A stretch of 64,000 nucleotides of DNA, from IMG/VR virus record IMGVR_UViG_3300010389_000004, positions 30,082 through 94,081 of that record. One strand, 5' to 3'. A program made the position numbers and the translations under genes. The notes beneath the pieces were generated by a model, which was given only the letters and a program-made list of their open reading frames with translations, ran no database searches and was not told where the DNA came from. How positions within the stretch are numbered: the stretch's first letter is position 1; each line of letters begins with the position of its first letter. Origin of the DNA: a virus. Positions 19,298-27,955 of this stretch are shown in pieces.

Positions 19298-19864
19298 CTA
19301 GACTTCCGTCCCGTCAGCATCGTCGCCCTCGGGGTCGGAGGGATCCTCGTCTTCAGGGTCGCCGTCATCACCGTCATCGTCGTCTTCGGGATCAGCAGCA
19401 GGTTGGGCAGGCGGCGTGTAGGCGATGGTAGCGGCAGGCGCTTCGAGCGCGGGCGCCACCGGCTGTTCTTCTTCCTCGGATTCGACCAGCAGAGGCAACG
19501 CGATCTTGAAGCCCTCCTTGACGGCAAACTCCAGCAGGCGCTCGCCTTGTTGCAGGATCAAATCCCAGGTGTCGATAGCCGTCTTCACACCCTCGTACTT
19601 GATGATGGTTTCGGCAGCACGAGCTTGGGCGACCAGGCGGCCGTGAATACGGCGGGCGCCGTGGACGTTGCCGGTGGAGAGAGCTTTGGCGATGCTCTCG
19701 CCCTGCTCCTTGAACGTCGACACGAACGGAATCTTGATGTCATTCGACATCGCCGATTCAATTTGGTCGAGCACGTCATTGAGGGCGACTTCGGCTTCAG
19801 CGACCACCTTGTCAGCCAGTGCGTTCACCGCCCCACTCAGGCGGTCTTTGGGGTTACTATCCAT
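19298..19864 (-). CDS. Hypothetical protein with an acidic C-terminal tail, between two terminators
   Basis: ATG at 19864 with AGGAAAGG RBS; D/E-rich tail. Confidence 0.7.
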   Translation of the reverse strand: MDSNPKDRLSGAVNALADKVVAEAEVALNDVLDQIESAMSNDIKIPFVSTFKEQGESIAKALSTGNVHGARRIHGRLVAQARAAETIIKYEGVKTAIDTWDLILQQGERLLEFAVKEGFKIALPLLVESEEEEQPVAPALEAPAATIAYTPPAQPAADPEDDDDGDDGDPEDEDPSDPEGDDADGTEV

Positions 19865-19900
19865 TGATCGGACCTTTCCTGTAGTGGGCAAGCCACCACA

Positions 19901-19941
19901 AACAAAAGAAAACTGGTTGGAGAGTATTCTCCAACCAGTTT
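19901..19941 (-). terminator. Intrinsic terminator after the lipoprotein gene
   Basis: 14-bp stem AAACTGGTTGGAGA/TCTCCAACCAGTTT plus a T-rich tail on the minus strand. Confidence 0.75.
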
Positions 19942-19965
19942 ACGCGCAACGCAAGGGTTTCAGCC

Positions 19966-20298
19966 CTACTCGGCGTTAGCGGCTTTCGCGCTTTCCTGCA
20001 ATCGCAGGAGCAGTTCGCGGTGAGCGTCGCGTGTGGACTCGATCGACTTGCGCTCAAGATCCCAATCAGTGACCCAAGCGCCCTCTCCCTGAGAGGCTTG
20101 TTCCAGCCAACTGTCCAAGAGCTTCATGTCTTTAGCAACGACGTTATACGAGGCCACAGCCTCATCCGCCAATTCCTGGTCGATCGGAGTGCTCTCCGCA
20201 CACATGCAGCCCGTCATCGACAGTACCGCGATCATCAAGACCGCACAGAGCAGGGTAGCCAGACTGAAGACAGCCTTGCTACGGGTTTGGATTGCCAT
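19966..20298 (-). CDS. Lipoprotein, putative spanin component
   Basis: Basic N-terminus, hydrophobic core and lipobox MTG-C; overlaps the end of the holin gene. Confidence 0.6.
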   Translation of the reverse strand: MAIQTRSKAVFSLATLLCAVLMIAVLSMTGCMCAESTPIDQELADEAVASYNVVAKDMKLLDSWLEQASQGEGAWVTDWDLERKSIESTRDAHRELLLRLQESAKAANAE

Positions 20299-21076
20299 CG
20301 TTCTCTCCTTTTGATGCATCATCCGCGAAAATACGCAGAAACCGGGTTCTAGCTGATTCTGGCGTGTCTACCGGAGCCGTCGGCTTCTTACGACGTGCAT
20401 ACTCCGCTTCCAGTTGCGCGATGAACTCTTTGAGTTCTGCCTTTCCGTATCCCTCAAGGTTTTGGGTAAGCATCGGCTTAGCCTTGTCCTTGGAAATCGT
20501 TAGGGTGTTGCCGGAAACGCGTTTGTCTTTGCTCGTGCGCTTCTGGAATTCATCCACCAAGCCTACCATCAGCCGATCAATCTTTGAGGACGCTACCTGA
20601 TCATTCAGCGAACGTCCCGCGAAAACTCGGTAAATCGTAGGGACCAAAGGAAGGCTCACACCCAGCGCGTTCATGTTTTCAATCAAGCGCATGAACTCAG
20701 TGATTGCGACGTAGGCGTAAAACACCTTCGGGAGAACACGCAGTAAATCGGACGCGTAAGTGGCTTGATGCGCCGCAACCAACACCGTGATGTAGGCAAC
20801 CACTCTACCCAGCGCCGCGAACGGAACCCGGCTAGTGAATAGCCCCTCCTTCAGCGAAACCAGGATCTCCACCGCAATGGAAAGCCCCAGCACAATCAAA
20901 AGACTGTACAGGGGCAGAGGGTCGTCCACTACTACCTGGTCGAGCACGACGATGGGGGATACCACCAAGAGCTTTGAAACGACCCCGAGACCCAAAGCCC
21001 CGAACCCGCTCACCGCCCCGCGATATAGCCCTGTGTCATACACACTGCCTAGCATCCCTACGCACCCTCTTTCCAC
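20279..21076 (-). CDS. Holin (phage holin 4-like) with a long soluble C-terminus
   Basis: 3-4 TM segments and EFMRLIENMNALGVSLP, resembling the holin-4 E..SI.EN...GV..P signature. Confidence 0.65.
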   Translation of the reverse strand: MERGCVGMLGSVYDTGLYRGAVSGFGALGLGVVSKLLVVSPIVVLDQVVVDDPLPLYSLLIVLGLSIAVEILVSLKEGLFTSRVPFAALGRVVAYITVLVAAHQATYASDLLRVLPKVFYAYVAITEFMRLIENMNALGVSLPLVPTIYRVFAGRSLNDQVASSKIDRLMVGLVDEFQKRTSKDKRVSGNTLTISKDKAKPMLTQNLEGYGKAELKEFIAQLEAEYARRKKPTAPVDTPESARTRFLRIFADDASKGENDGNPNP

Positions 21077-21111
21077 CTTGGACCAACGCTCGTGTCAGTA
21101 GCTGCTAGCTC

Positions 21112-23430
21112 TTAGTCATAGCTCCAGTTGTCATTCCAGACCATGTTGAACGTAGCACCGATGAGGTTCAACCACGGGCCGTATTCAAAAGCCGCAGCGT
21201 CGTAATCCTCACCACCCAGCGTCGCAGAGGAGATCGCAATCGTGTTACTCGAAACCTCTTCGTAATTCGAAGGGTCGGTAATCGTGATGGTCCCCAACGT
21301 GACATCCGAATTGGGAGTCAACGAGCGCATCGTGCTGTCCTGGATATCCACCGTGATAACGCCAAGTGCGGAAATCGTGACGTCATCGTCAGTGTCACCT
21401 TGCAGCAAGCCGGCGGTGTAGCCGAGGGTCGCATTCGACAACAGACCAAAGCCGGAAATGGTCATGTCGAGGTCGTCAATGTCGGGCGACAGGATTGCCA
21501 CGTCAAACGTAGCGTCACGCAGCGTGAGCGACCCTGAGAAGTCAGTCGGAGTGCCGACGATGTTCTCGCCCTGAATAGTGGCCCCGCTCAATTCCAGGTC
21601 TGCATCATCCACAGCGCCGATGCCGTCTACGGTGTCGATCGTGATGGTGGCGACGGTAGTTGCGACGTTGCCTACGAAAGCTTTGAGCGACGTGTCCTCA
21701 ATGTCGATTTCCAGATCGCCAGAATTCCACGTCAGCGTGCGCGTGGTTTCTCCAGCCATCGTGCCGGCGACAAGGGTCAGGGTCGAGCCTGCTTCCAGAG
21801 CGTCAAGCCCGCCAATCGTGAGGTGGAAATCATCGAGCGTGATTGACGGGTAGTTGTACTCGTAATTCGCGTCAATGAAGTTCGCAGCGACGGCGCCGCT
21901 GGTGTCTTCCAACGTGGTAGCGCTCCACGCAATAGAGCCATCGCCAGAGCCGGCGAAGTCTTCAAGCGTGTCAAGCTCAATCGTGCAGAGCACCGTGGGG
22001 GTATCCGCAGCGATGGTGCGATCGGCGCTGTCTTGGATGGTGACATCCAAATCCAGCGAGTTCCACGCAGCACTCTCTGAGGAGTCACCTTGCAGCAAGC
22101 CAGCCACGAAATCGACCGTCGCGGAGGTTGCCAAGGTACCAAGACCACCCAGAGTGAAATCCAAACGGTCAATATCAGTCGTGCCACCGATGCTATTCGC
22201 AACCACGTCGATGTACTTGCTATCCGAAGAATTCACACGGAGGTAGATATTCAAACCCGACGCCGGCGGAGTGCTGCCGTCAGTGATGTCCGTGAAGATG
22301 ATCGTGCTGTCAGCCAGGTAAGGCTGGCACTTGATTTCCAGGTTGCGGCCGCGGGTTGCGGCAGAGCCGTCAGCGCCCACAGGCTCAACCCAGATATCCA
22401 AAGCCGAGGCCACGCCACCCAAGTTGTCCAACGTCCAATCATGGAAACGAAGGCCCTCAATGAAGTTCGCGTGGATCTCCAAATCCTTGTCGTTTGCAGC
22501 AGGCTCAAGCCACAGGTGGAAGCCTTCACCAGACACTGCTTCAGAGAGCGTCCAGTTTGCGATATCGAGATCAGGCATCCAACCATGCCCCACCAGCCAA
22601 CCGGCAGTGGTGGTCAGCTCGGGGCGAATCTTGTGAGTCACCAACGTCCACACACGGTTGAGCTGATTCCAAGCAAGCTCACCGCCGCCTTCGATCACAC
22701 CGCCATACAGCTTGTTGAGCGTGCCATTGTAGAGAACAGAGAGGCCTTCGCTCTCAGCCAACCATGAGCGCAGCTCAATGTTTTGAAGCCACGTCGAATC
22801 ACCACGGTAAGCCACGAGGTTGGCCGCCGTGATTCGGTGTTCTGAGGCAGAGGGGTCATTGGTGCCACGCCAGTTGGCTGACTGGTACATGCGCACGACA
22901 GCCACAGCCAGACGAGCATCAAACTCGCTGTTGTAGAGCACCGCGTCAATCGTCGACGGCAGGCCCAGGGTCGCCAGGTAGGACTTGATCGTTGAAGCGC
23001 TCTCACCGTATTGCACGATCTGGTTTTGAAGCTCAACCCAGAAGAGCAACGCCCACTTCGCGTTGTCCGTGTAGGCGCCTTCAAGCAATGAGTCAATGTC
23101 GATCGTGGCAGCATCCGCAGCGATGGTCGCGTGCGGGAAGTCCTCGGTGTCGAGATCGCTGATCGCTTTGATCAAGCCGTAGCGACCCAAAATCGGGAAC
23201 AGCTCTTTCTGCCCCGGAGTCAGGGATTGAAACCCTGCGTAGGTCGTAGCGCCTGGACCCAGCTTGGTCTCCATCAGAGTATTGATGGTAGACCGTGCGG
23301 TCGTCGCGTTTGAAGTCAACTCGGCGCCTTGCTGATACACAGCAAGGAACTCCAGGTAGCGACGTTGTTGAGAACCAGCAAGGCCAGTCAACAGTCGCGT
23401 AGAATTGAGGCCAGTGTCAGGCGTAGCCAT
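21112..23430 (-). CDS. Large acidic repeat-containing virion protein (fibre/decoration?)
   Basis: 772 aa, D/T/G-rich, with two sets of triplicated internal repeats; coupled to the portal gene. Confidence 0.6.
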   Translation of the reverse strand: MATPDTGLNSTRLLTGLAGSQQRRYLEFLAVYQQGAELTSNATTARSTINTLMETKLGPGATTYAGFQSLTPGQKELFPILGRYGLIKAISDLDTEDFPHATIAADAATIDIDSLLEGAYTDNAKWALLFWVELQNQIVQYGESASTIKSYLATLGLPSTIDAVLYNSEFDARLAVAVVRMYQSANWRGTNDPSASEHRITAANLVAYRGDSTWLQNIELRSWLAESEGLSVLYNGTLNKLYGGVIEGGGELAWNQLNRVWTLVTHKIRPELTTTAGWLVGHGWMPDLDIANWTLSEAVSGEGFHLWLEPAANDKDLEIHANFIEGLRFHDWTLDNLGGVASALDIWVEPVGADGSAATRGRNLEIKCQPYLADSTIIFTDITDGSTPPASGLNIYLRVNSSDSKYIDVVANSIGGTTDIDRLDFTLGGLGTLATSATVDFVAGLLQGDSSESAAWNSLDLDVTIQDSADRTIAADTPTVLCTIELDTLEDFAGSGDGSIAWSATTLEDTSGAVAANFIDANYEYNYPSITLDDFHLTIGGLDALEAGSTLTLVAGTMAGETTRTLTWNSGDLEIDIEDTSLKAFVGNVATTVATITIDTVDGIGAVDDADLELSGATIQGENIVGTPTDFSGSLTLRDATFDVAILSPDIDDLDMTISGFGLLSNATLGYTAGLLQGDTDDDVTISALGVITVDIQDSTMRSLTPNSDVTLGTITITDPSNYEEVSSNTIAISSATLGGEDYDAAAFEYGPWLNLIGATFNMVWNDNWSYD

Positions 23431-23432
23431 GC

Positions 23433-25430
23433 CTATTCTCCTGTAAATTCATTCGGAACCGCGACTTCGGGGTTTCCGTCCGTTGGTTGAATTCCTTGAA
23501 GGCCGTTTCCGTCCAGGTCATTCTGGGGTACGACTTCGGAACTATCTACGTCTGAAAATTCCATCCCAAAGCCCATGCCGCTCTCAGATACCCCGCGAGC
23601 TTCGTCTTGCTCGATTCGGATGATCTCCTGTTCGGCTTCTTTCTCGCTGAGGTTATCGACCTCGGTGAGCACACGGTGGAGGGACATAGACGCTTTGCCG
23701 TTCAAGCGGTCGATAGCCAACTGCGTGTCTTGAGGCAGCGCGGGGCGCATGTCGATCGACACGTCGCCAAGGCTGAATACCTCCTGCGCAAACAGGTCGG
23801 ACTCGCTAATCCGGGCCAGCATTTCAGGTGTGGCAAGCATGTTGTATTTCGACGGATCCATCTGCTGAGAGGGATCGTCGAGGTACACACCTTCGGGCGC
23901 GAGGTTTGCCACCTTGGTGCCTTGGAAGTATTTCGCAAAGGATTCCAAGGAGACACCAAGCCCGCGGCGTTCGTTTTGGCTCTTCAGTGCGGCCAGACGG
24001 CTCTGCACCTCTTCGGGGAGCTGGTCTTCATTCAGCAGATTTTGTAGGCGAGACTGGAATGCCGACAGATACTCATCCCGAACATTGTGCTCGCCGTAAT
24101 AGTCCAAAGCGGAAAGCACGTTGAACACGATCCGCTGCATCGCACGAACCATAATCGGGCGCTTGGCATTCGCTTTGTTGATTGCAGGAGTCATGCGCAT
24201 CTTGTACGCGACGCCGGACTGCACCTGACCTGCCTCTGCTGAATCTAACAGGAAGCTCGGCAAACCTGACAGCACCGAGAAGAGGTTGAGTAGTTGCTTG
24301 AAGTTCTCGCGGCTGCTCTGCGTGTCAGCGCTAGGTTGCAGGTACTCGGGTTTCTCGGTGTCCGTTGGTCTACGGAACCATACACCATCACGAGGGGATT
24401 CAAAAAACGCCCTGCGGTCAACAGGGTCAATCATCGCCATTGAATCCGGCAGAAGGAGATTCGGTCCTGCGTACTTGTTGAGCAACCCGCCCTCGCGTGA
24501 GGCACGGTCATTCACCAGGTAGTTGATATCCAGAATGTCATCCCAGTCTGAGCGGAACCTGTTGATCGTTACGCGATTAGCGATGATGGTAATTGCGAAA
24601 TCAGAAAGCCCCGTCATCACAACGCGCTTGAGTGCAGGATCCCAATATTCCAAAGGGACGTTCCCGACGATCTTGTCGTCATCGCCAACAGCCCACAGGT
24701 AGTTTTCATACCACCCTTCGAAATGGCGCTCCTCAATGACGTAATAGCGAATCTCAGCTCCGCAGTATCCTTCAAGCGTTTCGGTCTCGGGGATTTCCTC
24801 ACGAGCGATCTGCGTCTTTTTGGCAATGCAATACCACTCGTCCGCTGACCCATCCACGAAGTACACAAACAGGTCTTTGGGCAATACCTGCATGAGATCC
24901 AGACGACCGCGTTGAGGGTCGATGCTGACTTGGACACCCAAGTACCCAAAGACCGATGCCATAACCCGCCACTCACGCACGCGAGCGCCAAGCTGCATTC
25001 GATCATTCAGGAGTTTGTCGAGAGGCTCGATACCGGTGTCAACGGTGCAACCTCCGCCCACGATGAGGTCGGCGTTGACCTCACTCACCAGGTGGATGAG
25101 GTTGTAGGCGTGGTAAACCACCTGGTCATCGTACTTCTGAGATTGGTTCTTATACCACTCAGACTGAAAAGCACCGACGCCCTCCAAGAAGATCTTCTCG
25201 TACTTGGCGAGCTTCTGCTGGCGCCGACGGTCTTCTTCGGTGCGCCAGTACTTCGTAACCTTACCGTCAGGGCCACGAACCACCGTCAGCGGGGACTTCC
25301 CCCGACCCGCTGCCGCCTGTTCCTCAGACGACACGAACACGCCTCGATCGTCCAACTGCGAAATCACGTCGTCCGTCAGGTTGGACTTGCTGATCGCAGT
25401 GCGAAGCGTTTGGTAGAGGGAATTGGGCAT
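23433..25430 (-). CDS. Portal protein (SPP1 gp6-like)
   Basis: YNLIHLVSEVNADL, SDWDDILDI, SGLPSFLL, QSGVAYKMR and EAEQEIIRIEQD motifs. Confidence 0.9.
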   Translation of the reverse strand: MPNSLYQTLRTAISKSNLTDDVISQLDDRGVFVSSEEQAAAGRGKSPLTVVRGPDGKVTKYWRTEEDRRRQQKLAKYEKIFLEGVGAFQSEWYKNQSQKYDDQVVYHAYNLIHLVSEVNADLIVGGGCTVDTGIEPLDKLLNDRMQLGARVREWRVMASVFGYLGVQVSIDPQRGRLDLMQVLPKDLFVYFVDGSADEWYCIAKKTQIAREEIPETETLEGYCGAEIRYYVIEERHFEGWYENYLWAVGDDDKIVGNVPLEYWDPALKRVVMTGLSDFAITIIANRVTINRFRSDWDDILDINYLVNDRASREGGLLNKYAGPNLLLPDSMAMIDPVDRRAFFESPRDGVWFRRPTDTEKPEYLQPSADTQSSRENFKQLLNLFSVLSGLPSFLLDSAEAGQVQSGVAYKMRMTPAINKANAKRPIMVRAMQRIVFNVLSALDYYGEHNVRDEYLSAFQSRLQNLLNEDQLPEEVQSRLAALKSQNERRGLGVSLESFAKYFQGTKVANLAPEGVYLDDPSQQMDPSKYNMLATPEMLARISESDLFAQEVFSLGDVSIDMRPALPQDTQLAIDRLNGKASMSLHRVLTEVDNLSEKEAEQEIIRIEQDEARGVSESGMGFGMEFSDVDSSEVVPQNDLDGNGLQGIQPTDGNPEVAVPNEFTGE

Positions 25431-25444
25431 CTTGACTCTCTCCG

Positions 25445-25606
25445 CTATGGGGTCGCAATCACGACATGGTATTGCAACAAGTTGCTCAGGTATACCATAG
25501 CGGCTACATAGCTACCAGCTCCCGCAGCAGTCAAGGCGGTGCCCAACTTCGTCTCAAGCTCGGCGTCAGTCTCACCGATTTCGAGGTTGGTCACGGTGTA
25601 CGTCAT
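25445..25606 (-). CDS. Small hypothetical protein (53 aa, MTYTVTNLEIG...)
   Basis: GAGGAG RBS and ATGA coupling; below the ORF-track cutoff. Confidence 0.65.
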   Translation of the reverse strand: MTYTVTNLEIGETDAELETKLGTALTAAGAGSYVAAMVYLSNLLQYHVVIATP

Positions 25607-25752
25607 ACCCACTCCTCAGAAATGTAGGGCACAGCTTGCGCGTGCCGGAAGTAAAAGCGCTCTGTCAAGCGCGGGTTGCGGACCATCAGGTCGTTCGTCC
25701 AGAGCAGTGTCGTGTAGGCAGTCTTCGAGACCACATCGGTATACGTTGCCAT
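25603..25752 (-). CDS. Small hypothetical protein (49 aa, MATYTDVVSK...)
   Basis: AGGAGG RBS; stop overlaps the next ATG. Confidence 0.6.
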   Translation of the reverse strand: MATYTDVVSKTAYTTLLWTNDLMVRNPRLTERFYFRHAQAVPYISEEWV

Positions 25753-25822
25753 TGGCACCTCCTGGCTAACAACGTACTCGCTTACTCACCTGTGTCACGC
25801 GAAATCTTACTGACACACCTCA

Positions 25823-26869
25823 TTAGGACAGCGTGGCTGCTGCCGCTTGCAGAGCATCAAAGTAGGCTTGGTACTCAGACCTGTCGTAACCGATGTCAAA
25901 CGAGAAGAAGGCACAGGTTCCGCCGTGCCACTCAACCAGTCCAGAAGCGCTAATGTCTCCATAGATCACATAGGTGATGTTGCTGGAGAAAGCGATGTCG
26001 GCAGTCGAACTGCCGCCGATACGCTCAACCTCATTTCGGTAAACGCGAATTGGAGCATTGCGCGGGGTGATGATGCCGTACCACGAGGCGGTCAATCCAA
26101 GAGGCTCATCCCCGAAGTAGGTGATCCCAGACCAACGGTAGTGATCACCTGCTGATCCTCGCCACAGTCGAATGGCTTGTGTGGCATTATGGTACACACT
26201 CACACCGGACACCGCTTGTCCAGGCGACGACATGTAGGCGAGCGTGCTAATATCGTCAACACCTTCAAGCCAGTCATTGATTGCCTCGTTGGACTCACCC
26301 GCGTGACTTCGTAGCTGCCCAACCCCAACCCCAACACCGAATCGGACCTTCTGGGAATCAAGCATGTACTGCGGGAGTGTTCCGTTGGCGAAACCGGCAA
26401 GGTCGAAATTGGAGTCGTTCACCTTGGTGGCGACGGGCCAGCGAACAATATCGACGTCCTCTTCTTCGTCGATAAATTCGTGGGCAAGATCGAAGGGTGT
26501 CCATGCCAAGCAGGTATCCAACACAAGAGGATTTTTACCTGGAATAGCGACAGCTACTGTCAAGCTCTCGCCAACAGTGATATCGCCGCCAGGTTCCTGA
26601 ATACCGCTTCCTTGTGTCGGGGCATACCGAACGTAAACCGTAGCATCAGCAACGTCCTCAAGCTCGTCTACCCACGTCTCCCCATCTAGTGAAATCTGCC
26701 ATTCAGAATTCGGCACAGAGACCGTTCCTGCTTCTCCGGTAATGTCGAATGACTTCACCGCTGATGGGTAACGCACCGTAGCCACGAAATCACCAAGGTC
26801 ATCAGTGGAGACAGAAGGCCCGCCTCCACCAAGCCAGGCGATATTCAACATGCTGTTTCTGTGAGCCAT
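25823..26869 (-). CDS. Putative virion fibre/decoration protein with a lectin-like (ConA/LamG-like) C-terminus
   Basis: Beta-rich G/S/T/D composition; located between terminase and portal. Confidence 0.45.
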   Translation of the reverse strand: MAHRNSMLNIAWLGGGGPSVSTDDLGDFVATVRYPSAVKSFDITGEAGTVSVPNSEWQISLDGETWVDELEDVADATVYVRYAPTQGSGIQEPGGDITVGESLTVAVAIPGKNPLVLDTCLAWTPFDLAHEFIDEEEDVDIVRWPVATKVNDSNFDLAGFANGTLPQYMLDSQKVRFGVGVGVGQLRSHAGESNEAINDWLEGVDDISTLAYMSSPGQAVSGVSVYHNATQAIRLWRGSAGDHYRWSGITYFGDEPLGLTASWYGIITPRNAPIRVYRNEVERIGGSSTADIAFSSNITYVIYGDISASGLVEWHGGTCAFFSFDIGYDRSEYQAYFDALQAAAATLS

Positions 26870-26878
26870 CAGGTTCCT

Positions 26879-27430
26879 CTACAGTTTCACGATACCGTAG
26901 CGAGCGTGGTATGCGATCGCCCCGTCAATGTACACAGCGTCCACGTCGATCTGCATCATCTCGTTCTGCGTACCGAACGGGGAGGACGCTGGAGCCACCT
27001 GCCCGTTGGTGAATTTATAGGCGGAGTTGACTGCCATGTTCAGGCTGCCGGGAGTAGCGTTGGTGTTTTTGATGTAGATCGTAAAGCCCTGTCTGCCAGT
27101 AGCAGAAGGTTCGTTGGTAGGGGCGTTGATTGTCAGCGTTCCCACAGACCCAAAATCCGCCACCACGATGAAGTTGTTCCCAAGGCTCAGGTCGATATCC
27201 ACAGAGTCAGTCGCGGAGACCGTCCCCAGATTGACTGCGGATTCAACCGTCGCCGCTGGACTGCCGTTGGGGTTTTCAATGATCGTGTAGACCAATTCCC
27301 CGGCGCTCTTGTTGTAAGCAACCCCCTGGATGATTGGGTCGGTGTAGCTGCTGGCCGACAACGCGGCCGCGATCGCAGCTTCAATATCCGACCCGCTGGT
27401 CAACACAGGGACTCGTAGAATTTCTGCCAT
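26879..27430 (-). CDS. Putative fibre-type structural protein
   Basis: VDIDLSLGNNF...LTINAPTN...QGFTIYI...YKFTNG pattern seen in phage fibre modules. Confidence 0.5.
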   Translation of the reverse strand: MAEILRVPVLTSGSDIEAAIAAALSASSYTDPIIQGVAYNKSAGELVYTIIENPNGSPAATVESAVNLGTVSATDSVDIDLSLGNNFIVVADFGSVGTLTINAPTNEPSATGRQGFTIYIKNTNATPGSLNMAVNSAYKFTNGQVAPASSPFGTQNEMMQIDVDAVYIDGAIAYHARYGIVKL

Positions 27431-27517
27431 TGTGCCTCTCCTGGAAAACGGCCTACACAAAAGATACGAGGGAGAACAGAGTCTCCCTCGTATCTCAGCA
27501 AATGCGGCTCCGCAATT

Positions 27518-27889
27518 CTACTTGGGCATGGGCGGGGCACCCGCTTGGGATGCCGGCGACATGTTCGCGTTGTCGGCGCCTGGGGCACCCCCAGCGGCAG
27601 GCGGGGCGGTCACGCCAGTTTCGATCTCTTGCTTGGCTTCGGCGAGGTTCGTCAAACCAACTTCGATCTTGGCAACGGTCTCCTCAGAAACCGCGGGGTC
27701 GGCTTCAGCAACCTTGTGGGCTTCCAGGCCGGCAGCCTGCGCAACCGTCAAAGCCTCAGTTGCCTTCTTCGCAGATTCCGCATCCGTCGCCGGCGGCTTG
27801 TCAGCAGCGGGTTGGGCAGCGGGTTGACCGGGCTGGGGAACGGTCGGAGGGACCTGCTTCCCGGCACCTTGGGTAGGCGCATCGTTCAT
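27518..27889 (-). CDS. Low-complexity Ala/Pro-rich protein
   Basis: AGGAG RBS before the ATG at 27889. Confidence 0.65.
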   Translation of the reverse strand: MNDAPTQGAGKQVPPTVPQPGQPAAQPAADKPPATDAESAKKATEALTVAQAAGLEAHKVAEADPAVSEETVAKIEVGLTNLAEAKQEIETGVTAPPAAGGAPGADNANMSPASQAGAPPMPK

Positions 27890-27955
27890 GTGATTCTCCT
27901 GGTTCAAGAATTACGTTGGGCTTCTCCCAAACATACGGTCGGGAAACGACCTCCA

